Source of the DNA: Candidatus Pyrohabitans jungbluthii
Lineage (GTDB): Archaea; Hydrothermarchaeota; Hydrothermarchaeia; Hydrothermarchaeales; BMS3B
Assembly: GCA_002010065.2 (NCBI GenBank)
Contig: MTMD02000002.1
Location: forward strand, 352,001-416,000
Length of the DNA stretch: 64,000 bases
Direction: 5' to 3'
This document shows, piece after piece, positions 29,580-39,251 of this stretch (the stretch's first letter is position 1; each line of letters starts with the position of its first letter). A model generated the notes under the pieces. It was not told the origin of the DNA and made no database searches. It saw nothing but the letters and a program-made list of their open reading frames with translations. The position numbers and the translations under genes were made by a program.

Positions 29580-30164
29580 TCACCTAAGTCTTGGAATAAT
29601 CGCCGGCATCCGGGAGCAGTAGCTCTGGTAAGCCTCGCCGAACTCCTCGCGGAGTCTGCGCTCCTCCATGTAGATGCCAAAGGCGAAGTAGAGCGTTGCG
29701 AGAAGGTAGAGCAGAGCATCAAGGCTACGAATCTCTGGCGAAGCCCAGATGAAGAGTATCGCCCCCAGATACATGGGGTGGCGCACCTTCGCGTAGAGCC
29801 CGGAGGTTACCAGCCTCTTCTGCTCCGGCTTGAGACCGAGAAACTCAGCCGCTCCCGTCTGAATAAGGCTAGCTGCAAGAATTGCTGCACCAGCCAGTTT
29901 AACCAGGAGCAACGCCGCAAAGCCGGCAAGGGAGAGCAGCACAGGCGTTTCTCCACGCTTCATAAGCCAGTAGGCTGCGAAGGGCAGCGCTGTTGGAAAG
30001 CTAAGAATGGTGTAGAGCAGGCGGTACCTAACGCCGCGAGGCTTAAGCACCGCTTCAACCCGCCGCTTGAAGAAATTTGCGGCTGTGAGAGAGTGGACAA
30101 GGGCAAATAGTCCAAACAGCAGGCTCAGCGTTACATAGACGCTCATACTAATCCCTGAAGGCAA
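29580..30164 (-). CDS. Isoprenylcysteine carboxyl methyltransferase / MddA-like membrane protein
   Basis: VHSL, LVTSGLYA.VRHPMYLG, EERRL..EFG..Y..Y...P. Confidence 0.8.
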   Translation of the reverse strand: MPSGISMSVYVTLSLLFGLFALVHSLTAANFFKRRVEAVLKPRGVRYRLLYTILSFPTALPFAAYWLMKRGETPVLLSLAGFAALLLVKLAGAAILAASLIQTGAAEFLGLKPEQKRLVTSGLYAKVRHPMYLGAILFIWASPEIRSLDALLYLLATLYFAFGIYMEERRLREEFGEAYQSYCSRMPAIIPRLR

Positions 30165-30330
30165 AGGTTACGCTGACGCTGGCGGTTATCTCCTCCCCTC
30201 CGGGTAAAATTGGCGTCTGCGCCTTTGCAATGCCCATCTCAGCCCTGGCGATTGTCCTGTTCACCTCTCCCTCACTTGCAAGGCAGCCACCAAAGAAAAG
30301 TAGCAGGAAAAGTATGTAAACAATTTTCAT
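30148..30330 (-). pseudogene. Internally deleted SIMPL (DUF541)-like lipoprotein remnant
   Basis: Lipoprotein-like signal (FFGGC) joined almost directly to TPILPGGEEITASVSVTF. Confidence 0.5.
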
Positions 30331-30340
30331 ACCGCAAAAC

Positions 30341-33040
30341 TCAGCCCTTTAACGTCGGGAGGAGTATCCTGAAGGTGCTCCCCTTCCCGGGCTCGCTCTC
30401 CACGCTTATCTCACCTCCGTGACGCCTTATTATGCTGTGGCTTACCGCAAGTCCCAAGCCGGTACCGTTCTTCTCCTTTGTTGTGAAGAAGGGGTCAAAA
30501 ATTCGCGACAGGTGCTCCTTCTTTATACCCACCCCAGTGTCGCTTATCTGAATCTCCACGATGCCGTTCCTTTTCCGCGTAGTTATGCGTATCTCTCCTC
30601 CCCGAGGCATAGCGTGGCACGCATTGGTTATAAGGTTCACCAAGACCTGCTGAAGCATCGTCTTATCTCCCGCCACCTTGGGAACCTTCTCAAGCTTCTT
30701 CACTACTCTTACGCGGTGCCTCTCAATTATATTTCCTAAGAAACCCAGCGTCTCCTCAATCGCGGCGTTTATATCCACCTCCTCAAAGTTTACGAAGCCC
30801 TCCCTGGAGAACTCCAGCAGCCCGCGTATTATGTTCGAGGCGCGCTGCACCTGCTGGAGTATCATATCCACATCCTCCTCCTTCGCTTTGCCTGCCTGCA
30901 TGTCCTCCTTTATAAGCTGCGCAAGCAGGTAGATGTTATTCAGCGGGTTGTTGAGCTCATGCGCTATGCCCGCAGCCAGCATGCCCAGCGAAGCAAGCTT
31001 TTCTGAGATTAGAATCTTCTGCTCCATCTGCTTGCGCTGGGTAACGTCGCGAGAAATCGCGAGAACCATCTTCTTCCCGCGGAATTCCATGAGCTTTGCG
31101 CTGACCTCTACCGGATAAGTGGTGCCATCTCTGCGGAGGTGCTCGGACTCAAAGAAGATGCTCTTCTTCTCAAGAAGCTCTTTTATAACATCTGGGAACT
31201 TCTCCCTCCTATCCTCCGGGAGAATATCCTGAATCCTCATTCTAAGAAGCTCTTCCCTGGTGTAGCCGAGGCGCTTTGCACCGGTCCTGTTAACCTCAAG
31301 TATGTTTCCCTCAAAATCATGCAGAAATATGGAATCCAGAGCACTTTCAATAAGAGTGCGATACTTCTCCTCGCTCTCGCGCAGCGCCTCCTCGGCGCGC
31401 TTCCGCTCTATCACAAAAGCAATGTGACTGGCGATGGTCTGGGCCAGCTGGACTTCCTCCTCACTGAAGCGGTGGGGTTTGTTGTAATAACTCATGAACT
31501 TCCCCAGCAGCCGTCCCTGGGACACGAGGGGAATGAACCCCAAGGCGTGGATGCCTTCACCGAGGATCACTGCCCGCAGCGCCTCTAAACCTGGCTCCTC
31601 TGCCACATTGGAGATGAGAATCGGCTGCGGGTTCTTTTCGTTGGGCGACCAAGGCGAATGTCCTTCCACGGCCTTCCTGTAGCCCTCTGAAAGCCCTCGC
31701 CAGGCTTTGAAGCGCATGACACCATCCGGGTCAAACAGCAGGATGGCGGCTCTATCCGCCTTAAGCGTGCGCTGCAGAGCGTTTAATGCTTCTTCGTAAA
31801 TCTCCTCAATAGCCCCTGCCCTGCTGACAGCCTCTGCCATGTGGTAGATAGTCTGGAGCTGGTCCAGGCGGCGATGAAGCTCTTCCTCGGCGCGCTTTCG
31901 CTGGGTGATGTCCCGCATAATCGATATGAAGCCCTTAATCTTTCCCTTATCGTCCTTCAGAGCGGTAGCGGTAAGTTCTACAGGAAACCGCTCCCCGCTC
32001 TTCTTCATCCTCTCCGTCTCAAAGCCGGAGATGTACCCCCTCTCAGAAGCGAGCTTCATGCAGTACTCAACTTCTCCCTCCCTGTCCTCCGGCACGAGCA
32101 CAGAGATGTGCTTCCCTATTATCTCCTCCTCGGAGTAGCCGAAGAGTCTCTCTGCATAGGCGTTCCAGTAGGTTATCCTGCCTTCAAGGTCAATGCAACA
32201 TATAGCCTCGGAGACGTTCTCCAGGATGCTCGCTAGCATCTTCAGTTTTTCCTGCGCCCTCTTGATGTCTGTAATGTCTATGAGATTCCCCTGCACCGCT
32301 GGCTTGCCCTTGTATATTATTGGCACAGAGTAAACTAGGGCATCGCGCACCTCGCCATCCTTGCGCAACCCTTTGAACTCGAAGCGTGCAGCACCCGCCT
32401 CGCCGCGCTGCCTCTTAAGGGACCCCTCGATTACATGGCTGCTCTCCGGTGCTATTAACCTGCGGAAATCCATGCCGATAAGCTCTTCCTTAGAGTAGCC
32501 GGTTATCTCGCACAGCTTCTGGTTGACGAACTTGTAAACACCATCCTGGATTATGTATATGCCGGTGTGGGAGTTCTCCACCAGTGAGCGATACTTCTCT
32601 TCACTCTCGCGTAGTGCCTCCTCGGCGCGCTTCCGCTGGGTGATGTCTCGCATTATTACCTGTATCCCCACCACTTTACCAGCTTTGATGATAGGTCTCC
32701 CTCTAGCCTCAACCCAGAATGTCTCGCCCTTCGCATCCACAACCTGGTACTCCTCGAAGCTCTCTGGTGACATCTTTGTTTCCAATATTTGGGCTATTCT
32801 CTCCCTGAGCTTCTGGTGAAAGCTGGGGTGGATAAACTCCTCTACCCGCCTCCCCACAATCTTATCTCTGCTCAGCCCTATCCTTTCCTCAACGGCGCGG
32901 TTTACCTCCTCTATAACCCCCTCCATGTTAAAAACAAGGATTAAATCATTTGCATTCTCAAATAAATCCCTGTACTTCTGCTCAGATTCTCTAAGTTTTT
33001 CGATGAGCTTTTTCAACTCCTGGCTATCCTCGCAAGCCAT
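30341..33040 (-). CDS. PAS/GAF sensor histidine kinase
   Basis: Four PAS domains, one GAF, H-box AHELNNPL, NA, DTGVG, FDPFFTTK, GTGLGL. Confidence 0.93.
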   Translation of the reverse strand: MACEDSQELKKLIEKLRESEQKYRDLFENANDLILVFNMEGVIEEVNRAVEERIGLSRDKIVGRRVEEFIHPSFHQKLRERIAQILETKMSPESFEEYQVVDAKGETFWVEARGRPIIKAGKVVGIQVIMRDITQRKRAEEALRESEEKYRSLVENSHTGIYIIQDGVYKFVNQKLCEITGYSKEELIGMDFRRLIAPESSHVIEGSLKRQRGEAGAARFEFKGLRKDGEVRDALVYSVPIIYKGKPAVQGNLIDITDIKRAQEKLKMLASILENVSEAICCIDLEGRITYWNAYAERLFGYSEEEIIGKHISVLVPEDREGEVEYCMKLASERGYISGFETERMKKSGERFPVELTATALKDDKGKIKGFISIMRDITQRKRAEEELHRRLDQLQTIYHMAEAVSRAGAIEEIYEEALNALQRTLKADRAAILLFDPDGVMRFKAWRGLSEGYRKAVEGHSPWSPNEKNPQPILISNVAEEPGLEALRAVILGEGIHALGFIPLVSQGRLLGKFMSYYNKPHRFSEEEVQLAQTIASHIAFVIERKRAEEALRESEEKYRTLIESALDSIFLHDFEGNILEVNRTGAKRLGYTREELLRMRIQDILPEDRREKFPDVIKELLEKKSIFFESEHLRRDGTTYPVEVSAKLMEFRGKKMVLAISRDVTQRKQMEQKILISEKLASLGMLAAGIAHELNNPLNNIYLLAQLIKEDMQAGKAKEEDVDMILQQVQRASNIIRGLLEFSREGFVNFEEVDINAAIEETLGFLGNIIERHRVRVVKKLEKVPKVAGDKTMLQQVLVNLITNACHAMPRGGEIRITTRKRNGIVEIQISDTGVGIKKEHLSRIFDPFFTTKEKNGTGLGLAVSHSIIRRHGGEISVESEPGKGSTFRILLPTLKG

Positions 33041-33061
33041 CGCCCACGCCTATCCAAAAAT

Positions 33062-33643
33062 TTACCTCTCAAGCTTTTTAAATATTAAGTAGTAAAGGCA
33101 CAGGAAGGCAGCGAGGGCGAACACCACGGGGAGGCGCATTTCAAGAGGCATGCCTACACCACCCGGATGAAGCTGCCACGTATCGAGGCTTCGCATGCGC
33201 AGGTATAACGCCAAGTTAACCGCTATGAGGAGCGCAGAAACAGAGGCAAGAAGTCTGCGCTCCTTGAGCGAGTGTAGGAGTAGTAAAAGCAGGAGCATCC
33301 CGTAGCTAAGCGCAAGGAAATAGAAGCGTGGCTCGCTTACAATGAAAGCGCCCCAGGTGGCGCGTTCAAAGAAGTAGATGACCACCAAGTTAGCCAGAGC
33401 GAAGGGTAGTGCGGTTACCGCAAACTTAAAAGAGATTCCTATATACCTCTCCTCTCTTGCGGAGAAAATCCCCAGCAGGGCAGAGATATAAAGAGAGCCC
33501 AGGGAGATGTAAAGCAGAGGCAGGTGCAGGTAGAGCAGTTTGTAGCTCCCTCCCAGGAACTCCTCCTCGGGAGCGAGGTACGCAAGTACAGCTGCTATAC
33601 TCGCGAAAGCAAAGAATGCCACGACACATCGCCTTTCAGCCAT
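33062..33643 (-). CDS. CcmC-like cytochrome c biogenesis protein
   Basis: LYLHLP, degenerate WG...EPR motif, LHP; about 6 TM segments. Confidence 0.65.
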   Translation of the reverse strand: MAERRCVVAFFAFASIAAVLAYLAPEEEFLGGSYKLLYLHLPLLYISLGSLYISALLGIFSAREERYIGISFKFAVTALPFALANLVVIYFFERATWGAFIVSEPRFYFLALSYGMLLLLLLLHSLKERRLLASVSALLIAVNLALYLRMRSLDTWQLHPGGVGMPLEMRLPVVFALAAFLCLYYLIFKKLER

Positions 33644-34751
33644 GCTTAGCCCTCTTGAAGTTTTGCTTGAATTCCTTCAAAAATTCGGCGAACTCGCCCG
33701 CGGCTATCGCCTTTCTCGCTTCGCGCATCAAAGCCTGCATGAAGTGGAGGTTGTGCAGCGTTACCAGGCGCATTCCCAGAGTCTCGCCTGCTCGCATGAG
33801 GTGGCTCACGTAGGCTCTGGTATAGTTGCGGCAGGTGTAGCAGGTGCAGCCCTCTTCAAGCGGCGCAAAGCTGCGCAGGTGCTTTGCCTTGGTGATGCTG
33901 TATTTCCCAGCATGCGTGTAGACTGCACTGTGCCTTGCATTTCGGGTGGGAAATGCGGAGTCGAATATATCCACACCCCGCGCTATAGCTTCGAGCACCT
34001 CAATAGGCGAGCCCAGACCCATGAGATACCGCGGCTTTTCCTCCGGCAGGGCGGAGATGCTCACCTCAAGCATCTCGAGCATTACATCATGAGGTTCGCC
34101 TATGCTAAGCCCGCCTATGCCGTAGCCGTCAAACTCAAGCGCTGCAAGCTGTGCAGCGCTCTCCCGGCGAAGGTCTGCGAAGGTTCCGCCCTGCGCAATT
34201 GCAAAGAGCAGCTGGTCATCGCAGGTGTGCGCAGCTTTGCACGCCCTCGCCCACCGCGTTGTCCTTGCGACGCTCTCTACGTATCGCTCCTTTGCCTCGC
34301 CATATGGCGGGCAGTCGTCCAGCGTCATTGCTATATCGCTCCCAAGAGCTTCCTGCACCGCCACGCAAAGCTCTGGTGTGAACACGTGCCTCGAGTTGTC
34401 AAAGGGGGAGCGAAAGGCTATCCCTCGCTTTGTGAACTCAGGCTTAAACTCTCGGCGCAGGGCTTGGAAGCCTCCTGAGTCGGTGAAGATTACGCGCGGG
34501 AAGTTCATAAATTTGTGAAGCCCTCCAGCGGCGGAGATAACCTCGACGCCAGGCTTGAGGTAGAGCAGCAGCGCGTTGGAAATTATCGCCTCCACGCCGA
34601 GACCGAGGAGCTCTTCGCTTGCTAAGGTTTTGACGCTCGCCTTCGTCGCTACGGGCATGAAGCAAGGTGTAGCTACCACGCCATGCGCTGTGCGCAGCTT
34701 TCCTACCCTTGCCTTTGTGGCTATGTCCTCGCAGGAGATGGAAAAAACCAT
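33636..34751 (-). CDS. tgt: tRNA-guanine transglycosylase, bacterial type
   Basis: [44 protein letters not shown]...HN; no PUA domain. Confidence 0.9.
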   Translation of the reverse strand: MVFSISCEDIATKARVGKLRTAHGVVATPCFMPVATKASVKTLASEELLGLGVEAIISNALLLYLKPGVEVISAAGGLHKFMNFPRVIFTDSGGFQALRREFKPEFTKRGIAFRSPFDNSRHVFTPELCVAVQEALGSDIAMTLDDCPPYGEAKERYVESVARTTRWARACKAAHTCDDQLLFAIAQGGTFADLRRESAAQLAALEFDGYGIGGLSIGEPHDVMLEMLEVSISALPEEKPRYLMGLGSPIEVLEAIARGVDIFDSAFPTRNARHSAVYTHAGKYSITKAKHLRSFAPLEEGCTCYTCRNYTRAYVSHLMRAGETLGMRLVTLHNLHFMQALMREARKAIAAGEFAEFLKEFKQNFKRAKHG

Positions 34752-34797
34752 GGTATTTAATTTTGCAGAGGATATAAAAAGTTGCTTAGCAGGAGGC

Positions 34798-35979
34798 ATG
34801 GTTATGAAGGCTGTTCTTGCATATTCCGGCGGGCTCGATACAAGCGTTTGTGTGAAGCTGCTTCAGGAGAAGTACGGCTGCGAGGTTATTACTGTTACTG
34901 TGGATGTAGGTTTAGACCAGGAGGAGCTGCATGAGGTTGAGGAAAAAGCCCGCTCACTGGGCGTGGTGGAGCACTATACCATAGATGCGAGGGAGGAGTT
35001 TGCCCGCGATTATATCTTCAGGGCGATAAAGGCAAACGCTAACTACGAAGGCTACCCGTTAAGTACAGCATTAGCTAGGCCCCTTATTGCTGAGAAGGTG
35101 GTGGAAATAGCGAAGCGCGAGGGCGCCGAGGCGTTAGCGCATGGCGCCACCGGCAAGGGCAATGATCAGTTCCGCTTTGAGGCGGTTTTCAGAACCCTCG
35201 CGCCCGAGAAGAGGATAATCGCTCCCATTCGCGAGTTTAACCTCACCCGTAAGGAAAGCATCTCCTACGCAAAGAAGCACGGCATCGCTATACCTGTGGA
35301 CGTGGACAAACCCTACAGCATAGACGAGAACCTGTGGGGCAGGAGCATCGAAGGGGGCGCTCTGGAAGACCCCTCTTTCATACCCCCGGAGGAGATCTAC
35401 GAGTGGACAAAACTGCGCAGGCATGAGCCCGAGCTGGTTGATGTGGAGTTCGCTCAAGGCACGCCGGTGAAGCTGAATGGCAAAGCTCTGCCCCCGGTAG
35501 AGCTTATCATGGAGGCGAACCGCCTCGCTGGCGAGCACGGCGTTGGCAGGATAGACATGATAGAAGATAGAATCCTCGGCTTAAAGGCGAGAGAGAACTA
35601 CGAGTGCCCGGCGGCGGCACTTCTGATCACAGCCCATAAAGCGCTTGAGTCTCTGGTTTTAACCCGTCGGGAGCTTGCGTTTAAGGCGCAGGTGGAAGCG
35701 AAGTGGAGCGAACTGGTTTACTTCGGGCTATGGAATGAACCTCTGCGCCTAGCCCTTGACGCCTTCATCGAGGCAACGCAAGAGCGGGTCTCAGGAAAGG
35801 TGAAGGTAAAGATGCACAACGGCAGCTGCGCCGTGGTTGCAAGGGAGTCTGAGAACGCCCTCTACTCCCTTGAGGCGGTCTCCTTCGACGACAAGAGCAT
35901 AGACCAGCGAAGCGTTGAAGGGATGCTGCGCTACCACTCCCTTCAGGCGGAGATGTACTGGAGGTTACCCAGAGAGTAG
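34798..35979 (+). CDS. argG: Argininosuccinate synthase
   Basis: [36 protein letters not shown]; SD GGAGG. Confidence 0.96.
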   Translation: MVMKAVLAYSGGLDTSVCVKLLQEKYGCEVITVTVDVGLDQEELHEVEEKARSLGVVEHYTIDAREEFARDYIFRAIKANANYEGYPLSTALARPLIAEKVVEIAKREGAEALAHGATGKGNDQFRFEAVFRTLAPEKRIIAPIREFNLTRKESISYAKKHGIAIPVDVDKPYSIDENLWGRSIEGGALEDPSFIPPEEIYEWTKLRRHEPELVDVEFAQGTPVKLNGKALPPVELIMEANRLAGEHGVGRIDMIEDRILGLKARENYECPAAALLITAHKALESLVLTRRELAFKAQVEAKWSELVYFGLWNEPLRLALDAFIEATQERVSGKVKVKMHNGSCAVVARESENALYSLEAVSFDDKSIDQRSVEGMLRYHSLQAEMYWRLPRE

Positions 35980-35999
35980 CTCTGGATGACAAAGAAGCG

Positions 36000-37052
36000 C
36001 TAACCCTCGCCTTTAACGAAGATACGAATAAACCCAAGAGCAGCGAATATAATCACCGGCCCAAGCAAAATGCCCTTCGCGCCAAGGCTTGCGGTGCCCG
36101 CGATAAAGCCCACGAGGAGAGGCACCACAGACATCCTGCCGGAGAAGCTCGCAACCACAGGGCGGATCACTATATCTGGCAGCACACTAAGGAGCGCAGC
36201 GCAGGTGATGAAGAAGAAGGCCGCCTTGGTCGCGCCATGAGCAAAGTAGAGGTAGCCTGTCATTGGGAGGTACACCATCCATCCGCCCACGATGGGTATC
36301 AAGGTTAGCACACCCGTTAGAGCGCTGAGCAAGCCTGCGAAGGGAAGGGCGAAGGCAGAGTAAACACCGTAGGAGAGCAAACCCGTGAAGAGCGCCGTGA
36401 GAAAGATGCTGTAAACTATCTGCCTGAGCAGGGCATCGAGATATCTGAAGTAAGCAACTATGCGGGCGTCAGCGATGCTGGATGCAAAGCTCTTAATACC
36501 CTCTGCTTTTGCCACGAGGTAGAGAGCTATCAATGCTCCAAGAAAGAACTGGAAGAATGCTCCACCCAGAGCCTTGAAAAGGCCCAGCACGCCCCCAAAG
36601 ACAGCTTGGAGCAGGATTTCGTAGCCCTTGACGCTGGTGAGCAGCTGGGGAATGTCCTTCAGGCTGAGCTTTGCGAGGCTTTCCAATTCCTGCTGAAGCA
36701 CTGCGATGTACCCCTGGGCATTTATACCAACCACCGCTAGTGCCTCCCTCGCCTCCGGTGTGCTCAGCAGGGAGAGCATCTCCACTGCAACCCTGTATAT
36801 TACGTAGAAAAAGAAGATGAATCCTGGAAGGAGCACGAAGATGATTGTGAGCAGCATCGCCAGCCACCTGCGCTTAACCAGCGCTTCAAGGCGTGCCTCT
36901 ATGGGGTAAAGGAGGTAAAATACCACCAGGGAGATGGTCAGCGCAGGATAAATTGGTTTGAGCACGTAGAGCAGAAGCAGAAAGCCGAGGAGGATAAAAC
37001 CTGCGAGAAGGATTCCCTTCACCTGCCTCTGGGTCAGAGCTTCTCCAGCCAC
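36000..37052 (-). CDS. AI-2E family transporter
   Basis: Multi-TM; IPIVG, D.VIRP, G..GILLGP. Confidence 0.85.
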   Translation of the reverse strand: MAGEALTQRQVKGILLAGFILLGFLLLLYVLKPIYPALTISLVVFYLLYPIEARLEALVKRRWLAMLLTIIFVLLPGFIFFFYVIYRVAVEMLSLLSTPEAREALAVVGINAQGYIAVLQQELESLAKLSLKDIPQLLTSVKGYEILLQAVFGGVLGLFKALGGAFFQFFLGALIALYLVAKAEGIKSFASSIADARIVAYFRYLDALLRQIVYSIFLTALFTGLLSYGVYSAFALPFAGLLSALTGVLTLIPIVGGWMVYLPMTGYLYFAHGATKAAFFFITCAALLSVLPDIVIRPVVASFSGRMSVVPLLVGFIAGTASLGAKGILLGPVIIFAALGFIRIFVKGEG

Positions 37053-37243
37053 TCCTCCACAGCCTCCATTGTCTGGTTGAGGATCATCTCTGTGCTGTTC
37101 ATGAACGCCATACCTGCACTCTTCACAATCTCCGTATATGTCCAGAGTACGACAATTACAATAACAATTATTCCCCCTAGGATAAGTATGTACTCCAGGG
37201 ATGCCTGAGCATCTCTTTCTTCAAGCGGATTCATATGAAACAA
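37034..37243 (-). CDS. Short class III signal peptide pilin
   Basis: A/QASLEYILILGGII motif. Confidence 0.72.
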   Translation of the reverse strand: MFHMNPLEERDAQASLEYILILGGIIVIVIVVLWTYTEIVKSAGMAFMNSTEMILNQTMEAVEEWLEKL

Positions 37244-37329
37244 TAAGATTATTTAAAGTCTCTTTAAAAAAGCTTTCTGAGTTTATTATTGCAAACAATA
37301 TTTTTCCTTTCTGCAACGACTGGTACATA

Positions 37330-38211
37330 TTAATCCAATCCCACCTCTATATTTAAAAACCCCCTTATAAGGAACCCTATACTAAACGTGAGAGCTGCTA
37401 TTCCAAGGCTAATTAGTGCCATTTCGAAAAATCTTTTCCTGAATGAGATATCTCTTGCGACAGAGATATAAAATGTGAAAATGAAGATGACTAAGATTGC
37501 ATTAAAAATTGTTATGCTCAGGCAGAAGTATAAGTTTGTGAAAATCAGATATGGGAGGATTAAGAATAAAACCGTCAGCACGTAGGTGATGCCGGTATAA
37601 ACCGCCGCCTTAAATGGATTCTGGGCACCGCCTTCAGATTTTACTGACAGGTACTCGGATGCAGCCATTGAGAGGCTTGCGGCTATGCCAGTGATTAGAC
37701 CTGTTACTGCTATAAGTTGTGTATTTTGAAGAGCAAAGGTAAACCCTGCGAGGGCGCCGGTGAGTTCCACCAGGGCGTCGTTAAGGCCAAGAACCATGGA
37801 GCCGATGTATCTCAGCCGCTCCTCATCTATCAGATTTATGAGCTGCCTTTCATGCTCATTTTCATCCTTAATTACGCTCTGCGCCTCCGGCAGAGACTTG
37901 GAGATTTCTTCGTATGTGAGCTGCGCCTGCTTTTCTCCCCTCTCCAGCAGCTTTATCCCAAATGTTATTCCGAATATTTTTGAAATTAAAAAGTACTTCC
38001 AAATCTTCAATTTGTCAGGATTTACATCCATGCGAGTGTGTCTTTTCCAGAAATTATAGTGTTTAAGTTCATCCTGTGATATTCGCTGTAAAATATTTCT
38101 ATTATGAGGGTCTTTTACCGATTGGGATAGTTTTTTATATATAAAATGCTCTGTGATTTCGTTCTTCTGAACCGTCAGCAATTTTTCCCTGTCTGGTGAC
38201 CCTGCCTTCAT
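37330..38211 (-). CDS. Rubrerythrin-like/VIT1-CCC1 fusion metal transporter
   Basis: Ferritin-like E..H motifs, VLGLNDALVELTGALAG, SMAASEYLS. Confidence 0.88.
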   Translation of the reverse strand: MKAGSPDREKLLTVQKNEITEHFIYKKLSQSVKDPHNRNILQRISQDELKHYNFWKRHTRMDVNPDKLKIWKYFLISKIFGITFGIKLLERGEKQAQLTYEEISKSLPEAQSVIKDENEHERQLINLIDEERLRYIGSMVLGLNDALVELTGALAGFTFALQNTQLIAVTGLITGIAASLSMAASEYLSVKSEGGAQNPFKAAVYTGITYVLTVLFLILPYLIFTNLYFCLSITIFNAILVIFIFTFYISVARDISFRKRFFEMALISLGIAALTFSIGFLIRGFLNIEVGLD

Positions 38212-38271
38212 GCTAAGACCATATTAGCTGCCTGATATTTAACTTCTGTTGTTATCTTACCGGCTTTTTAT

Positions 38272-38535
38272 ATGAGGCTGAAAGGCATCGCCTGCATCTC
38301 CGGGATGTGCAGCGGTGCGACGAGCAGGGTTAAAATTTACTTTGAGGAGAGGGGTAAAACATTCTACTGGGATGAGCTTTTCCCGCGCAGAGTGAAGCGC
38401 TCACCTACGGGGGAGGTTGAGGAGGCTGATGTTAAAAAGGTAATTTCGACGCTGAAGCGCGAGCTTTCAAGGCGCCGCTTCACCAGCGAGGCGTACTACC
38501 TGCGCAAGGCGCTTCATGCACTTACGGGGAGGTAG
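38272..38535 (+). CDS. Hypothetical protein
   Basis: 87-aa ORF filling the gap, host-like codons. Confidence 0.5.
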   Translation: MRLKGIACISGMCSGATSRVKIYFEERGKTFYWDELFPRRVKRSPTGEVEEADVKKVISTLKRELSRRRFTSEAYYLRKALHALTGR

Positions 38536-38589
38536 CCAAGAAAAGTATTTATACCACCAACCCCAGTCTTAAAAATTGGAGGTAGTAAT

Positions 38590-38718
38590 ATGGGACAGTA
38601 TTACCACTGTGCAAGGTGTAACAGCATCTTTGAGCACACCGAGGGTGCCTGGGCCAAGTGCCTGAGCTGCGGAGCTATGGCGGTGACCCAGGTAGAGGTC
38701 ACCGGTAGGCACGGCTAA
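38590..38718 (+). CDS. Small Zn-ribbon protein (42 aa; below ORF-track cutoff)
   Basis: MGQYYHCARCNSIFEHTEGAWAKCLSCG...; TATA-like TTTATA near 38548, SD GGAGGT, T-rich tract after the stop. Confidence 0.75.
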   Translation: MGQYYHCARCNSIFEHTEGAWAKCLSCGAMAVTQVEVTGRHG

Positions 38719-38813
38719 ACCTTTCACCCTCTTTTTTATTTTTGTGTTACACCATACGTAACAAAAGGTTTATATTGTACTGGGGGTATTCTCTATTTGC
38801 TGTGTGATGTGAC

Positions 38814-39251
38814 ATGACAGTAACGCTTTCCAGGATTGAGGAGGTGTTTGAGAGGCTTGTTGAGGAGATTGGCGGCAGGGTGGTTGCTTCTCCAGAGCCG
38901 GGGAAGTATCTGAAAGAGCTGAGAGAGGGTGCTGGAGTAACCCAGGAGGAGCTTGCTAGGCTCCTCGGCCTGCGCAGAGAGAGCATCTCCAGAATAGAGA
39001 ACGGCACAATAACGCCTACGCTGAGCTATGTGCGCAGGTTTGCCCGGGTGATAGCGGCGCTGAAGATAGTGCGCGAGCTTTTGGCTCAGGAAGAGGCGTC
39101 GATGCTCGCAGGGCAGCGTAGTGCAAGCTTTTCACTACGCCTTCTCAGGCTGTGCTTGGACTTCTCTGCGCAGGAGCTTAAGCAGATCTCTGAGCTTGGG
39201 GTTAGGGGTTATCAACGCACAAAGAAAAAAGCGCTAAGGAGGATAAAATGA
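38814..39251 (+). CDS. XRE-family HTH regulator
   Basis: LKELRE.AGVTQEELARLLGLRRESISRIENG; overlaps ppsA start. Confidence 0.85.
   Translation: MTVTLSRIEEVFERLVEEIGGRVVASPEPGKYLKELREGAGVTQEELARLLGLRRESISRIENGTITPTLSYVRRFARVIAALKIVRELLAQEEASMLAGQRSASFSLRLLRLCLDFSAQELKQISELGVRGYQRTKKKALRRIK

Noticed and set aside
34576-34797. N-terminal extensions of argG and tgt in the ORF track
   Set aside because: They overlap each other; conserved sequence starts at 34798 and 34751. The same applies to the extensions on cysS, nrdG and the response regulator.
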